Below are positions 11,456-21,180 of a DNA stretch of 64,000 bases, piece by piece. How positions within the stretch are numbered: position 1 is the stretch's first letter; the number at the start of each line of letters is the position of its first letter. The stretch lies in the NCBI GenBank assembly GCA_038319675.1, contig JBBQDM010000005.1, forward strand, positions 132,850-196,849, given 5' to 3'. The notes under the pieces are model-generated. The model saw only the letters and a list, made by a program, of their open reading frames with translations. It ran no database searches and was not told the origin of the DNA. The DNA comes from Vicinamibacterales bacterium (lineage in GTDB: Bacteria > Acidobacteriota > Vicinamibacteria > Vicinamibacterales > SCN-69-37). Both the position numbers and the translations under genes were made by a program.

Positions 11456-14400
11456 GTGAGTCACGAGGTTCCCGCGTCGGCGCCCCCGGCCGAGACTGTC
11501 TCGGCCCCGTCGCCGGGTGGCCGGTGGTGGGGATTCCGACGATGGACGCGGCGTACCGTGTACCTGGTGGCCGCCGCGGTGGCGGCCATTGTGGTGTCGA
11601 TGGTCACCATCGATCTCGGTCCGCAGTTGCGCGTGCGCGCGGAAGTGTTTGGTTCCGACTACCTCGAACGTCCGATGCACATCGGTGCCGTCCACGCGGA
11701 GTTGTGGTCGGGCCGCTTCGTGCTTGAGGATGTGCGCATCGAAGGGAAGACGCCGGACGCCGAGCCGTTTCTGACGGCGGACCGCCTGCTGGTCTCAATT
11801 CCCTGGTGGTCGCTGTTCCGCCGGGATCTGATTCTTGAGATCGAGATGGACGGATGGTCCATCCAGATCGAAAGCTGGGAGGGCAACGTCCACAGCCTGC
11901 CCCGGATCATGCCGCGCACTCGCTCGGATACGCCTGGTCTGGTCTCGACCACCGTGAATTTTGTGTTCGGCCGCGATGGCCGCTTCCGGTATATCGACCA
12001 TTACCAACCGTGGGATATCACCACGGAGAACCTCCACATCAACGTGGTGCGCGCGCGCAACCTCGGGGCCTACGTGGCCACGATCGGGTTCAACGGCGGC
12101 GTGGTCAACATCATGAACTACGAGCCGATGACACTCGGCGCGATGTCCACCAGGCTGACCATCGACGGTGGTGTGCTCCGTGTGCATCAGATGGATGTGA
12201 TCGCGGACGGTTCCCGGTCGCGCCTGCAGGGGACCGTCAACGTGGATCAGTGGCCGGTCCAGGAGTTTGCGATCGAGAGCGATCTGGATGTCGCCCGCCT
12301 CAAGGAGATCTTCTTTTTCGGGCAGGACTTCACGGCCAGTGGCCGTGGTGCGTTCCAGGGCACGTACACCAAGTTGCAGAATGGCGCCTACGAGGTGCAC
12401 GGCACGTTCACATCCAACGTGTTGCGGGTGAGCGGGTTGGACTTTCCGAATTTGTCTGGGCGCATGGTCTGGGTGCCCAACCGTTTGGAAGTCGTTGGCA
12501 CCGAGAGCACGTTTTACGGCGGCTCGATGCGACTGGCGTACGCGCTCGATTCCGGCGCCGGGCGCCAAAGCATTGCAGACCTCTCGATGACGTATCGCGG
12601 TGTGGATCTGATCGCGTTCGGTCGTGTGTGGGGGTGGGAAGGCATTGCGCTGGCGAGCCGCGCCAACGGCTGGCACGCGATGCAGTGGCCGAGTGGACGC
12701 TTCGCCGACATGGCGGGTGAAGGGGTGCTGCGGGCGATGCCGGCAGACGACCGCGCACTGGCTGATGCCGAACTGCCGGCGGTGGCGGTGTATGCGCCGC
12801 AGGAAGTGCCGTTCCTTAAGGACCGCGTGCTGGAACCCCAGGCGGTCGGCGGGGTGGTCACGTACCGCATGACGCCGACGCAGGTGACGTTTGAGGAGTC
12901 CTGGGCGGCGACGCCGGAGACCCATCTCAGTTTCAGCGGCATCACCGGATGGCGTGACAACGCTGAGATTCCGTTTCGTGTGGTCAGCACGGATTGGCTG
13001 GCGACTGACCGTCTGCTCGCCGGCGTGCTCACCGCCTTCGGGTCGAAGACCGGCGCGGTCGACGTCGGCGGTCGAGGCGTCTTCGACGGCGTGCTGACGC
13101 AGTGGTTTGCCACGCCGCATATCGAAGGCCACTTCATCGGCGACGGTATTCGTGCGTGGGATGTCGTGTGGGGGCGAGCGCGTGCGGATCTGGTGATCCA
13201 AAACAGCTACGTCACCGTGTCGAACAGCCTCGTCGGCGAGCGTGATGCCGAGGGCGTGGCGCGCATGGTCGCCAACGGCCGATACTCGCTGGGGTATCCC
13301 CGTGCCGACGGCGGCGAACAATTCGACGCGCGCATCCGCATCGACGATTGGCCGCTCGTGGATTTTCGCCACGCGTTTTTGCTCGACGACTGGCCCGTCA
13401 CCGGCACCGCGTTTGCGGACCTCCGGTTGTACGGCGACTACGAAGGCCCCGAAGGATTCGGCCTGATGCGGGTGTCGCCGGGCACCGCGTGGGAGGAGAC
13501 GTTTGACGCGTTCACGGCACGTGCGTCGTTTGAACGGGTGGGCATGCGCCTCGACGCCATCGAGGTGACCAAGAGCACCGGCGTCATCAGTGGTGCGGCG
13601 TATACGGGATGGCCGTCGCCGCAGAACAACGGCTTCGGCACCTATTCCTTCACGCTTGATGGTGAGCGGATTCCGGTGGAGTCACTCGTGAGTTTCACGG
13701 TGCCTGATGCCGATCTGACCGGTCTGTTGTCCTTCCGCATGTTCGGGAGCGGCAGCAATGAACGACCACGCTACGAGTGGGACGGTCGCATCGTGGACCT
13801 CTTCTGGGGCGATGAGGGGATCGGCCAAGCCACTGCCCACATGGTGGTGACTGACGAACTCATGATGATCGATCGCCTGGACGTGGCGTCCGACCGTCTG
13901 TCGATTTCCGGGTCTGGCCAGGTGGCACTCAATGACACCTACGACACCGAAGCCACCCTGCGCTTTTCAGAGACCTCCGTCGACCCCTTCCTGCGTTTTG
14001 CGGCGCCCGGCCTGTCGCCATACACGCGCGCCGTCGTGAGTGGCGCGGTGCGCCTGAGTGGTGAGTTGTCCAATCTGTCCCGGCTCGGGGTGGATCTCAC
14101 CATCGACAAGGCGGACCTGAACCTGCTCGACTTCACCCTGACCAACCCGATTGGCGCCGACGGCGCGCGCACGCCGCTGCGCCTGTCGTTTCTCGACGAC
14201 GTGCTCTCCATCCGCGCGTTCCGGTTGACGGGAGAGGCGACGAGCCTGACACTGGGCGGCACCGTGAGCCGTGCGACCGAAGCGCTGGATGTGTCGATCG
14301 AGGGCACCACCAACCTGGCCATCCTGCAGGGCGTCATCCAGGATGTGCGTGCCTCGGGCAACACGACAATCTCGGCCAGGATTGGCGGCACACTGACGAC

Positions 14401-15634
14401 GCCCACGTACGGCGGGCAGGCGACGATCACCGATGGGCGGCTGCGACACTACTCGTTCCCGCACAGTCTCGATGCCATCAGTGGCCGAGTCGTGTTTGAC
14501 GCCACGGGTCTTCGCCTCGACGGTCTGAGTGCGAGGATGGGCACAGGTGGCCGCAGCGGCTCCGGCGACATTCAGTTTGGCGGCACGATCGGCCTTGACG
14601 GGTTCCTGCCGGGAGAACTCAATCTCACTGCCCGCGGCGATGGTCTCGACTTGCGTTTTCCGGAAGGTTTCCGCTCCATCGTGGATGCCGACCTCGCCGT
14701 GACGGGTCAGGTGGACGATGCGCTGCTCTCAGGCCGTGTGACCGTGCGTCAGGCGCGATACACACGCCGGCTCTCGGGCAATGTCGGGTTGCTCGGGCTG
14801 GCCGCCGCCGGTGGGGACGGTGTCACGATGGCCCCGACCGCGCCGATCGATCTGCCGTTGAGGTTCGCCGTCGACCTGGTCGGTCAGCGACTCACGGTGA
14901 TCGACGATGCCGACGCCACGATTATGGTGTCGCCGGACCTGCGATTCACGGGCACGCTGGCTGAGCCGCAACTGGCCGGGCGTGTGGACATCGATCGCGG
15001 GGAGACGGAGTTCCTCGGCAATCGCTACACGATTGATGGGTACGTGGACTTCACCAATCCGAACGCCATCGAGCCGTTCTTCGATATCGAGGCACGCACG
15101 CAGATTCGTCAGCCCTCGCAGGAGTACCGCATTGACCTGCGCTTCACCGGGACCATGGCGCGGTTTTCCTATGACCTGAGCTCCGACCCGCCGCTGACCC
15201 AGATGGCGGTGTTGTCGCTGATGCTCGGACAGAGTCCCGATCTGCAGCAAATGGAACTGCGCGCGATCGGGTCGCCGCAGGAGGTCCAGAACCAGCTCAT
15301 GTCATCCCTGCTCGCCCAACTGGTGACCAGCCCGATCACCTCAGAGGTGGGGCGTGTGGTCGAACGCACATTCAACGTCGACACCTTCACGGTGACGCCG
15401 TTGCTTAGTGCGGATCAGGCCCTGCAGGAGTTGCCGAACGCCCGCATCACGGTGGGTAAGAAGATCTCGAACCGGGTGTTCCTGACGTATTCGCGGTCGC
15501 TGGACAACTCCACGAGCCTGGACTACGAATTGCTGTTGCTCGAGTACGCGCAAAACGAACGCATGTCCTGGGTGCTGTCGCGCAATCAGGACGGCACGTT
15601 CGCCCTCGATTTCCGGGTGAGGTACCGGTTCTGA
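11456..15634 (+). CDS. tamB: translocation and assembly module protein TamB (DUF490 family)
   Basis: 1392 aa. Single N-terminal anchor 'VYLVAAAVAAIVVSMVTI', then a long beta-rich body. DUF490-like C-terminus '...RVFLTYSRSLDNSTSLDYELLLLEYAQNERMSWVLSRNQDGTFALDFRVRYRF'. Confidence 0.75.
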   Translation: MSHEVPASAPPAETVSAPSPGGRWWGFRRWTRRTVYLVAAAVAAIVVSMVTIDLGPQLRVRAEVFGSDYLERPMHIGAVHAELWSGRFVLEDVRIEGKTPDAEPFLTADRLLVSIPWWSLFRRDLILEIEMDGWSIQIESWEGNVHSLPRIMPRTRSDTPGLVSTTVNFVFGRDGRFRYIDHYQPWDITTENLHINVVRARNLGAYVATIGFNGGVVNIMNYEPMTLGAMSTRLTIDGGVLRVHQMDVIADGSRSRLQGTVNVDQWPVQEFAIESDLDVARLKEIFFFGQDFTASGRGAFQGTYTKLQNGAYEVHGTFTSNVLRVSGLDFPNLSGRMVWVPNRLEVVGTESTFYGGSMRLAYALDSGAGRQSIADLSMTYRGVDLIAFGRVWGWEGIALASRANGWHAMQWPSGRFADMAGEGVLRAMPADDRALADAELPAVAVYAPQEVPFLKDRVLEPQAVGGVVTYRMTPTQVTFEESWAATPETHLSFSGITGWRDNAEIPFRVVSTDWLATDRLLAGVLTAFGSKTGAVDVGGRGVFDGVLTQWFATPHIEGHFIGDGIRAWDVVWGRARADLVIQNSYVTVSNSLVGERDAEGVARMVANGRYSLGYPRADGGEQFDARIRIDDWPLVDFRHAFLLDDWPVTGTAFADLRLYGDYEGPEGFGLMRVSPGTAWEETFDAFTARASFERVGMRLDAIEVTKSTGVISGAAYTGWPSPQNNGFGTYSFTLDGERIPVESLVSFTVPDADLTGLLSFRMFGSGSNERPRYEWDGRIVDLFWGDEGIGQATAHMVVTDELMMIDRLDVASDRLSISGSGQVALNDTYDTEATLRFSETSVDPFLRFAAPGLSPYTRAVVSGAVRLSGELSNLSRLGVDLTIDKADLNLLDFTLTNPIGADGARTPLRLSFLDDVLSIRAFRLTGEATSLTLGGTVSRATEALDVSIEGTTNLAILQGVIQDVRASGNTTISARIGGTLTTPTYGGQATITDGRLRHYSFPHSLDAISGRVVFDATGLRLDGLSARMGTGGRSGSGDIQFGGTIGLDGFLPGELNLTARGDGLDLRFPEGFRSIVDADLAVTGQVDDALLSGRVTVRQARYTRRLSGNVGLLGLAAAGGDGVTMAPTAPIDLPLRFAVDLVGQRLTVIDDADATIMVSPDLRFTGTLAEPQLAGRVDIDRGETEFLGNRYTIDGYVDFTNPNAIEPFFDIEARTQIRQPSQEYRIDLRFTGTMARFSYDLSSDPPLTQMAVLSLMLGQSPDLQQMELRAIGSPQEVQNQLMSSLLAQLVTSPITSEVGRVVERTFNVDTFTVTPLLSADQALQELPNARITVGKKISNRVFLTYSRSLDNSTSLDYELLLLEYAQNERMSWVLSRNQDGTFALDFRVRYRF

Positions 15635-18528
15635 TGCGTCGTCTCCTCCTGCTTGCGTGCGGCCTGAGTCTCTGGTGGGGAGGGCTGGTGCCGGCGTCCG
15701 CCCAGCCGCCCGGCGGTGTCGCCGCTCTGCTTGGCCGGACGGTGACGGCCATCGAGATCGAGGTCGAGGGCCGGTCGGATGATGATCCCATGGTGCGGGC
15801 CCTGCTGGAGGTGCGCCTCGGTGCCCCTCTTGACGCCGGCAGCATTCGCGAGAGTGTGGCCCACCTGTTCAGCCTTGGGCTGTATGAGGATGTCGAAGTG
15901 ATCGCGACGCCGGACGCCGACGGTGTGCGGGTGGTCGTCGCGCTCACCCCGCTCCATCCGATCGACCGCATCGAATTCCGGGGCAGCCTCGGTCTGGATC
16001 GCCGTGCGCTCGAACGTGGTGTCCTGGAGCAGTTTGGCGGTCGTGCCTCGGTGGCCCGTCTGGATGCGGCGCGGGAGGCGGTGATTCGTCTCCTGCTGGA
16101 CGAAGGATTCTCACGTCCGACCGTGACGCCGTCGCTGGAACAGACGCACGACGTGCATCGGTCGACACTGGTCATGACCGTGGAGGCCGGACCACGACTG
16201 CAAATCGGCACGGTACGCACTGTGGGTGTCCATCCGCTGACGCGCGCCGAGGTCACGACCTCGGTGGGTCTCTCACCCGGAGCGCCGTACCGACAGCTCG
16301 CCACAGAAGACGCGCTTCGTCGGGTGGCGGAACGCCTGCGCGGACTGCGGTACTACGAAGCTGCCGCCAGCCATTTCGTCACACCGGTGGGCGACGATCG
16401 CGTCGACGTGACCGTCACCATTGACACCGGTCCCCTCGTGGAGATTGTCGTGGCCGGGGATCCGCTGCCACCAGGCGGGCAGGACGAGTGGATCCCGATC
16501 CGGCGTGAAAACTCCGCCGATGAAGACCTGCTCGAGGATTCGGCGTTCCGCATTCGTCAGGCGTTGCAGCGTGACGGGTACTGGCAGGCGTCGGTGGAAC
16601 AGCGCCGCGTCGAAGACCCCGATGGGGAGCGGATGGTGGTGACGTTCACGGTCCGTCGAGGGCTGCGGTACCGGCTGCACTCGATCAGTGTGACCGGCCA
16701 GCGCCATTTCGACGAACGCGACATTCGCACGCTGCTCGCGGTGTCCGACGGTGACGTGTTTGTAGAGGCGCTGGTGGAATCGCGGCTTGGGGCCGTGTTG
16801 CAGGCGTATGCGTTCTCCGGATTCAACGCGACCATTCAGTACACGGCGGAGGCCCTGCCAGGGCCGGACGGGCGTGTCGCGGTCGCGATCACGATCGTGG
16901 AAGGGCCGCTGCGGGTCGTGTCTTCGGTGACCATCACCGGAGCGCAGCAGATCACCGAGGAGGCGGTGCGCCGTGTGGTCCGGTCACAGAGTGGACAACC
17001 ACTGCGGGATGCGCAGGTGCGCGAGGATCGGCAGGCGATCATGCAGCTGTACCTGGATCGAGGGTTTCAGTCGGTGGTCGTGTCGGCACGCCAGGCGGCG
17101 CAGGCGCCGTTCGACATCACGTTCGAGATCGTCGAAGGACCCCAGACCATGGTGGACCATCTGATCGTGATTGGAAACCGGCGCGTCAGCACCGAGACGA
17201 TTCTGTCAGAGGTGGTGCTGCGCCCCGGTGAGCCGTACGGGCAGGGCGCACGGCTGGAGAGTCAACGTCGTCTGGCCGACCTGGCCACGTTTCGGCGCAT
17301 CACGATTACCGAGGCCGGCTACGGGCGCGAACGTGGGCACGTGGATGTGATCGTGCAGGTCGAAGAGGCGCCGGCGACGACCGTCGGATACGGTGGCGGA
17401 TTGGAGTTCGGCCGCCGTCTGCGTACCGCCGTGGGTGGCGGGTCGGAGGATGCGTTCCGGTTCGCGCCGCGCGGGTTTGTGGAACTGGGACGCCGCAACC
17501 TGTTCGGCACGAACCGGTCGGCGACGTTGTTCGCACGCGTCAGTCTGGGGTCACGCAACGATCCCGAGGATCCGGATCGTGATGGCCGCGGAATCGCCTT
17601 CAGTGAATATCGGGTGACGGGCACGTACCGGGCACCGCGCGCGTTTGGGTCGCGCGTGGATGGCGTGTTGAGTGCCACCGCTGAACGGGCGATTCGGACG
17701 TCGTTCACATTTGTGCGCCGGGTCGTGAATGCCGAAGGCCTGCTGCGGCCCACCACACACACAAGCGTCTTCGGCCGCTACGCGCTCGACTCGACCGAAC
17801 TGTACGACACGAGAATTCCCGAAGACGACCAGCCGCTGATCGACCGGCTCTTTCCGCAAATTCGGTTGTCCTCGGTATCTGGTGGCCTGGTCTGGGACCG
17901 TCGCGACGATCTGCTCGATCCCACTGCGGGCGGCCTGATGAGCCTCGATGGGGAAGTGGCCGCTCGTTCGCTGGGCTCCGAAGTCGGTTTTGCGAAGGTG
18001 TTTGCGCAGGCGTTTGGGTTCCGACGAATCACTCGCGTCAATCGTGTGGTGCTCGGCGGCCGCGTCCAGGTGGGGATCGCGCGTGGCTTTACCCGCGAAG
18101 TCGATATTTCGGATGGTGACGGGCGCACGGAACTGGTCGCGGACCTGCCGGCCGGTCGGCGATTCTTCGCCGGCGGCAGCACGACGGTGAGAGGGTTCCA
18201 GCAGGATCGACTTGGTGTGCCCGGCGTCATCAATCAGGATGGCTTGTCGAGCGGTGGCAATGGCGTGATTGTCCTCAACGGCGAAGTGCGCACGCAGCTG
18301 TGGACCAACATTGCCGTGGTGGGTTTTCTGGACGGCGGCAACGTGTTTGCGCGAGCTGGCGACATGTCGTTGCGCGAGTTGCGAGGGGCCGCCGGGTTTG
18401 GCCTCCGTTATCGATCCCCACTCGGCCCGCTGCGACTGGATGTCGGCTTCAAGCTCGACCGTCGTCTTGTGAGCGGCAAACGGGAACGGGGGTGGGAGTT
18501 CCACCTGAGCATTGGTGAGGTCTTCTGA
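15634..18528 (+). CDS. bamA: Omp85-family outer membrane protein assembly factor (BamA-like, multi-POTRA)
   Basis: 964 aa with a signal peptide. Repeated POTRA-like units ('I..IEIEVEGR', 'IDRIEFRG', 'ISVTGQRHFDE', 'VTITGAQQITE', 'LIVIGNRRVSTE'). Barrel with 'GRRNLFGTNRS' and C-terminal '...GFGLRYRSPLGPLRLDVGFKL...HLSIGEVF'. TGATG overlap with tamB. Confidence 0.8.
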   Translation: MRRLLLLACGLSLWWGGLVPASAQPPGGVAALLGRTVTAIEIEVEGRSDDDPMVRALLEVRLGAPLDAGSIRESVAHLFSLGLYEDVEVIATPDADGVRVVVALTPLHPIDRIEFRGSLGLDRRALERGVLEQFGGRASVARLDAAREAVIRLLLDEGFSRPTVTPSLEQTHDVHRSTLVMTVEAGPRLQIGTVRTVGVHPLTRAEVTTSVGLSPGAPYRQLATEDALRRVAERLRGLRYYEAAASHFVTPVGDDRVDVTVTIDTGPLVEIVVAGDPLPPGGQDEWIPIRRENSADEDLLEDSAFRIRQALQRDGYWQASVEQRRVEDPDGERMVVTFTVRRGLRYRLHSISVTGQRHFDERDIRTLLAVSDGDVFVEALVESRLGAVLQAYAFSGFNATIQYTAEALPGPDGRVAVAITIVEGPLRVVSSVTITGAQQITEEAVRRVVRSQSGQPLRDAQVREDRQAIMQLYLDRGFQSVVVSARQAAQAPFDITFEIVEGPQTMVDHLIVIGNRRVSTETILSEVVLRPGEPYGQGARLESQRRLADLATFRRITITEAGYGRERGHVDVIVQVEEAPATTVGYGGGLEFGRRLRTAVGGGSEDAFRFAPRGFVELGRRNLFGTNRSATLFARVSLGSRNDPEDPDRDGRGIAFSEYRVTGTYRAPRAFGSRVDGVLSATAERAIRTSFTFVRRVVNAEGLLRPTTHTSVFGRYALDSTELYDTRIPEDDQPLIDRLFPQIRLSSVSGGLVWDRRDDLLDPTAGGLMSLDGEVAARSLGSEVGFAKVFAQAFGFRRITRVNRVVLGGRVQVGIARGFTREVDISDGDGRTELVADLPAGRRFFAGGSTTVRGFQQDRLGVPGVINQDGLSSGGNGVIVLNGEVRTQLWTNIAVVGFLDGGNVFARAGDMSLRELRGAAGFGLRYRSPLGPLRLDVGFKLDRRLVSGKRERGWEFHLSIGEVF

Positions 18529-19022
18529 TGGGCGTGCTCGCGGGTAGTCTTCTCGTGGTGTGCGCGTGGTCGGCGCAGGCGCAGGTGCCGGTGTCGACGA
18601 CCATGGACCGCATTGTGGCCGTGGTCAACAACGACATCATCACGCTGTCGGATGTTCGGTCGGCGCGGCTGCTGCAGTTGGTGCCCTCGACCGACACCGA
18701 CGACACGATCGTGCGGACACTGGTGGACCGTCGGTTGGTGTTGACCGAGATGCGCCGCTTCCAGGCGCCTGAGCCCGCGCGTGAGGTGGTGGCTGCCCGC
18801 GTTCAGGCCTGGGAGGCGACGTTGGGCGGCGCGGACCCGGCGGCACTCGCCACCTCTGCGGGCGTGTCGCTGACGTTTGTGGAACGATGGCTGGCCGACG
18901 ATCTGCGACGCGAGACGTACCTGCAGCAGCGGTTCGCCGCCCTGGATGGCGACCGGCGCGCAGAGGCGATTCGGGGCTGGATCGACGGCCTGCGCACTCG
19001 CGCGGATATCGTGTATCGCTAG
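18528..19022 (+). CDS. SurA N-terminal-domain-like periplasmic chaperone
   Basis: Signal peptide followed by 'MDRIVAVVNNDIITLSDVRSARLL', the typical SurA_N start. 164 aa with no parvulin domain. TGATG overlap with bamA. Confidence 0.5.
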   Translation: MGVLAGSLLVVCAWSAQAQVPVSTTMDRIVAVVNNDIITLSDVRSARLLQLVPSTDTDDTIVRTLVDRRLVLTEMRRFQAPEPAREVVAARVQAWEATLGGADPAALATSAGVSLTFVERWLADDLRRETYLQQRFAALDGDRRAEAIRGWIDGLRTRADIVYR

Positions 19023-19030
19023 GCCCGCGC

Positions 19031-19208
19031 GGGTTCCTAGTTCCTGGTTCCTGGTTCCGCGGTGCTGTTCTGGGTTCCTGGTGCCGGGTTCGTGGTTAGG
19101 GGTTCCAGGTCGTTGCTGGGTTCAGGGACGCAGGCACCAGAACACGGAACCCCGCACCCGAGAACCCAGAACAGCACCGCGGAACCATGAACCGATGAAC
19201 CATGAACC
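19031..19208. repeat. ~178-nt imperfect palindrome composed of degenerate GGTTCC(N) heptamers and their complement
   Basis: The left half has about 10 tandem units (gggttcc tagttcc tggttcc tggttcc ...). The right half has the complement (ggaacc / gaacc units). Perfect 25-bp core arms: ggttccgcggtgctgttctgggttc (19053-19077) / gaacccagaacagcaccgcggaacc (19162-19186). Flanks and interior pair imperfectly. It lies in the convergent spacer between the surA-like gene and the glyco-operon. Confidence 0.75.
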
Positions 19209-19221
19209 GCCCGGCCAGGCG

Positions 19222-21180
19222 CTACCGCTTTTGAATCCTGACGTACTCGAGCGCGGCCGCGAGGCGGCGACCGTCCGCGCCGCCCACATCGACCGGCCGC
19301 GTGTCACGACCAAACTGCAGGGTGAGGTGGTTGACGCCCGCGTGCCAGCTGTTCGCCTCCGTTGCGATCTCGAGCCGATGCCAACCGCTGGTGACCGGCA
19401 CCGTGGCAAGCGCGTGACCGTTGACCTCGACGGTCAGCGTCTGTGGTGCCAACCCTTCAGCCTCGAACGGCATCAGCTGAATCTGTAGCCAGAGCGGAGC
19501 CGCGTCGGCGAGGGGCAGCACCAGTGATGCGCGGGCTTCCACCCATCGGAACGTCGTCGCCCCCGCTCGTTCAGCACCATGCCAGCCGGTGCCGATGTAG
19601 TCGGTGTCATCAGCGCCGATGTCGATGCGGCCGTACGGTCGTGCCGGATCACCAAGAAAACGATTCGGACGCAGACGATCAAACCGATCCGGCGTCACGC
19701 CGTTGGCAATCGCCCAGATGATGTTCGCGGGAAATGACGGGACATGTCCCACCCAGCTATGCGCGATGGCAGCCTGACCGGCAGCGAGATCGCCGTAGGA
19801 CACGATCTGCCCGATGCGATACGCGCCGGAACGCGCCACACCCATCAACGTCACATTCCAGACAACGAGCACACCGAGTAGAGCGGCCGCAGTCAGACCA
19901 GGACGCCGCCGGACGGCCTCGGTGACGGCCATCGACAGCGCGGCAAAACCGGCGATGAGAAACGGGATCAGACTGTCGAATCGTCGCCCGCCATAACTGG
20001 CACCCGCCCACCAGTCCTCCACCGCGCCGTTGGTCCACGTCATGAGCACGAGCGTGAGCAGGCCGGTGAGTGCGAGCACGCGATGGCGTCGCCAAAGGCA
20101 AACGAGTCCGATTGCACCCGCATAGGCGGCTGGTGATGTGGCGAACAGGCCGCTGCGTGACGACCACAACACATCCACCCACTGCGCCTGCATCCACAAC
20201 AGACGCGGACTGACGGGAGGTTGCGTGATCCAGGCGCCGTACAACGCATGCCACGTCCAGAGCTGCGGCCACGTGCCGACAAAGACACCGGCCGCCAGGG
20301 CAGCGGCCAGTCGTGGCTGACGGAGCAGCCCGGCAGCTGGCACCAGGAGGATGACGGCGTTCTGCCACCGCATGATCACCATCACGCCGCCGAGTAGTCC
20401 GAGCAGAGCCCATGTGCGCCAGTCCGTGGACGTGCGCCACCGCAACCACGCCCACGTAAACGCGGCGACGGAGGCCATCGACACTGAATGGCTCATGGTG
20501 GGTTCGCGCACGAGATACCAGAGCACAAACGTGCCTCCGCCGATGGCCACCACTGCGAGGGTGGCGATCGACGCCGGCGCGATCAGGCGTGTGATGCGAT
20601 ACGACCACCACAGACCGAGCAGGCCGTAGAAGAGCCCCGCGAGGCACACCGCTTGTCGATACGGATACGACGTGCCGTCAGTGGAGACGTCCACTCCATT
20701 GCCAGCGAGCAGATGCGCGGCGATGTGGCCCACGCTGAAGAAAGGTGCCCACGCTAACGCGGGTCCGATGGCCCACGCACTCTGCGCGTACCCCGTGACG
20801 GTGGGTTCGAGCAAAAACTGGTGCTGCGCGTCGTCGATCCCCAACATCGCGTAGTCGTTGGTGAGGTTGAGGTCGCGGTCAAACCACATTGAGCGTGTAA
20901 ACGCGTAGTAGTAAAATCCGTCACTCTGCAGCCGCGCACCCAGTTGCAACTGGCCGGCGATTCCGGCTGCGTAGAGCGCGAGCAAGACGGCGGCTGTGCG
21001 TGCGCGTCGCGTGGCTCGGGCGATGACGAGGGCCGCACCCAGAACCGCCACAACAACCGCCCACCAGGGAGACAGGTCCGCTGCGGTGGTCACCCATTCA
21101 AGCAGCGATCGGCGCGCCAGTTGGCGCCCGACGAGGTCGCCGAGACCCAGTGTGATCGCGATCCAGCCGGCCCACATCAT
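19222..21180 (-). CDS. polytopic GT-C-like membrane protein with C-terminal beta-sandwich-like domain (paralog A)
   Basis: 652 aa, at least 10 hydrophobic segments. First-loop motif 'RLQSDGFYYYAFTRSMWFDRDLNLTNDY' is shared with 21177..23180 and 30648..31997. The soluble C-terminal ~150 aa ('GRIDIGADDTDYIGTGWHGAE...TFRWV...') is paralogous to the C-terminus of 21177..23180. Confidence 0.6.
   Translation of the reverse strand: MMWAGWIAITLGLGDLVGRQLARRSLLEWVTTAADLSPWWAVVVAVLGAALVIARATRRARTAAVLLALYAAGIAGQLQLGARLQSDGFYYYAFTRSMWFDRDLNLTNDYAMLGIDDAQHQFLLEPTVTGYAQSAWAIGPALAWAPFFSVGHIAAHLLAGNGVDVSTDGTSYPYRQAVCLAGLFYGLLGLWWSYRITRLIAPASIATLAVVAIGGGTFVLWYLVREPTMSHSVSMASVAAFTWAWLRWRTSTDWRTWALLGLLGGVMVIMRWQNAVILLVPAAGLLRQPRLAAALAAGVFVGTWPQLWTWHALYGAWITQPPVSPRLLWMQAQWVDVLWSSRSGLFATSPAAYAGAIGLVCLWRRHRVLALTGLLTLVLMTWTNGAVEDWWAGASYGGRRFDSLIPFLIAGFAALSMAVTEAVRRRPGLTAAALLGVLVVWNVTLMGVARSGAYRIGQIVSYGDLAAGQAAIAHSWVGHVPSFPANIIWAIANGVTPDRFDRLRPNRFLGDPARPYGRIDIGADDTDYIGTGWHGAERAGATTFRWVEARASLVLPLADAAPLWLQIQLMPFEAEGLAPQTLTVEVNGHALATVPVTSGWHRLEIATEANSWHAGVNHLTLQFGRDTRPVDVGGADGRRLAAALEYVRIQKR

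Noticed and set aside
18877-19488. ORFs 18877..19488 (+), 18887..19099 (+) and 19122..19409 (-) translating the heptamer palindrome ('GSWFLVPGSWF...')
   Set aside because: The apparent peptide repeats are just the 7-nt DNA periodicity read in frame. These ORFs overlap the ends of well-supported convergent genes and have no start context.
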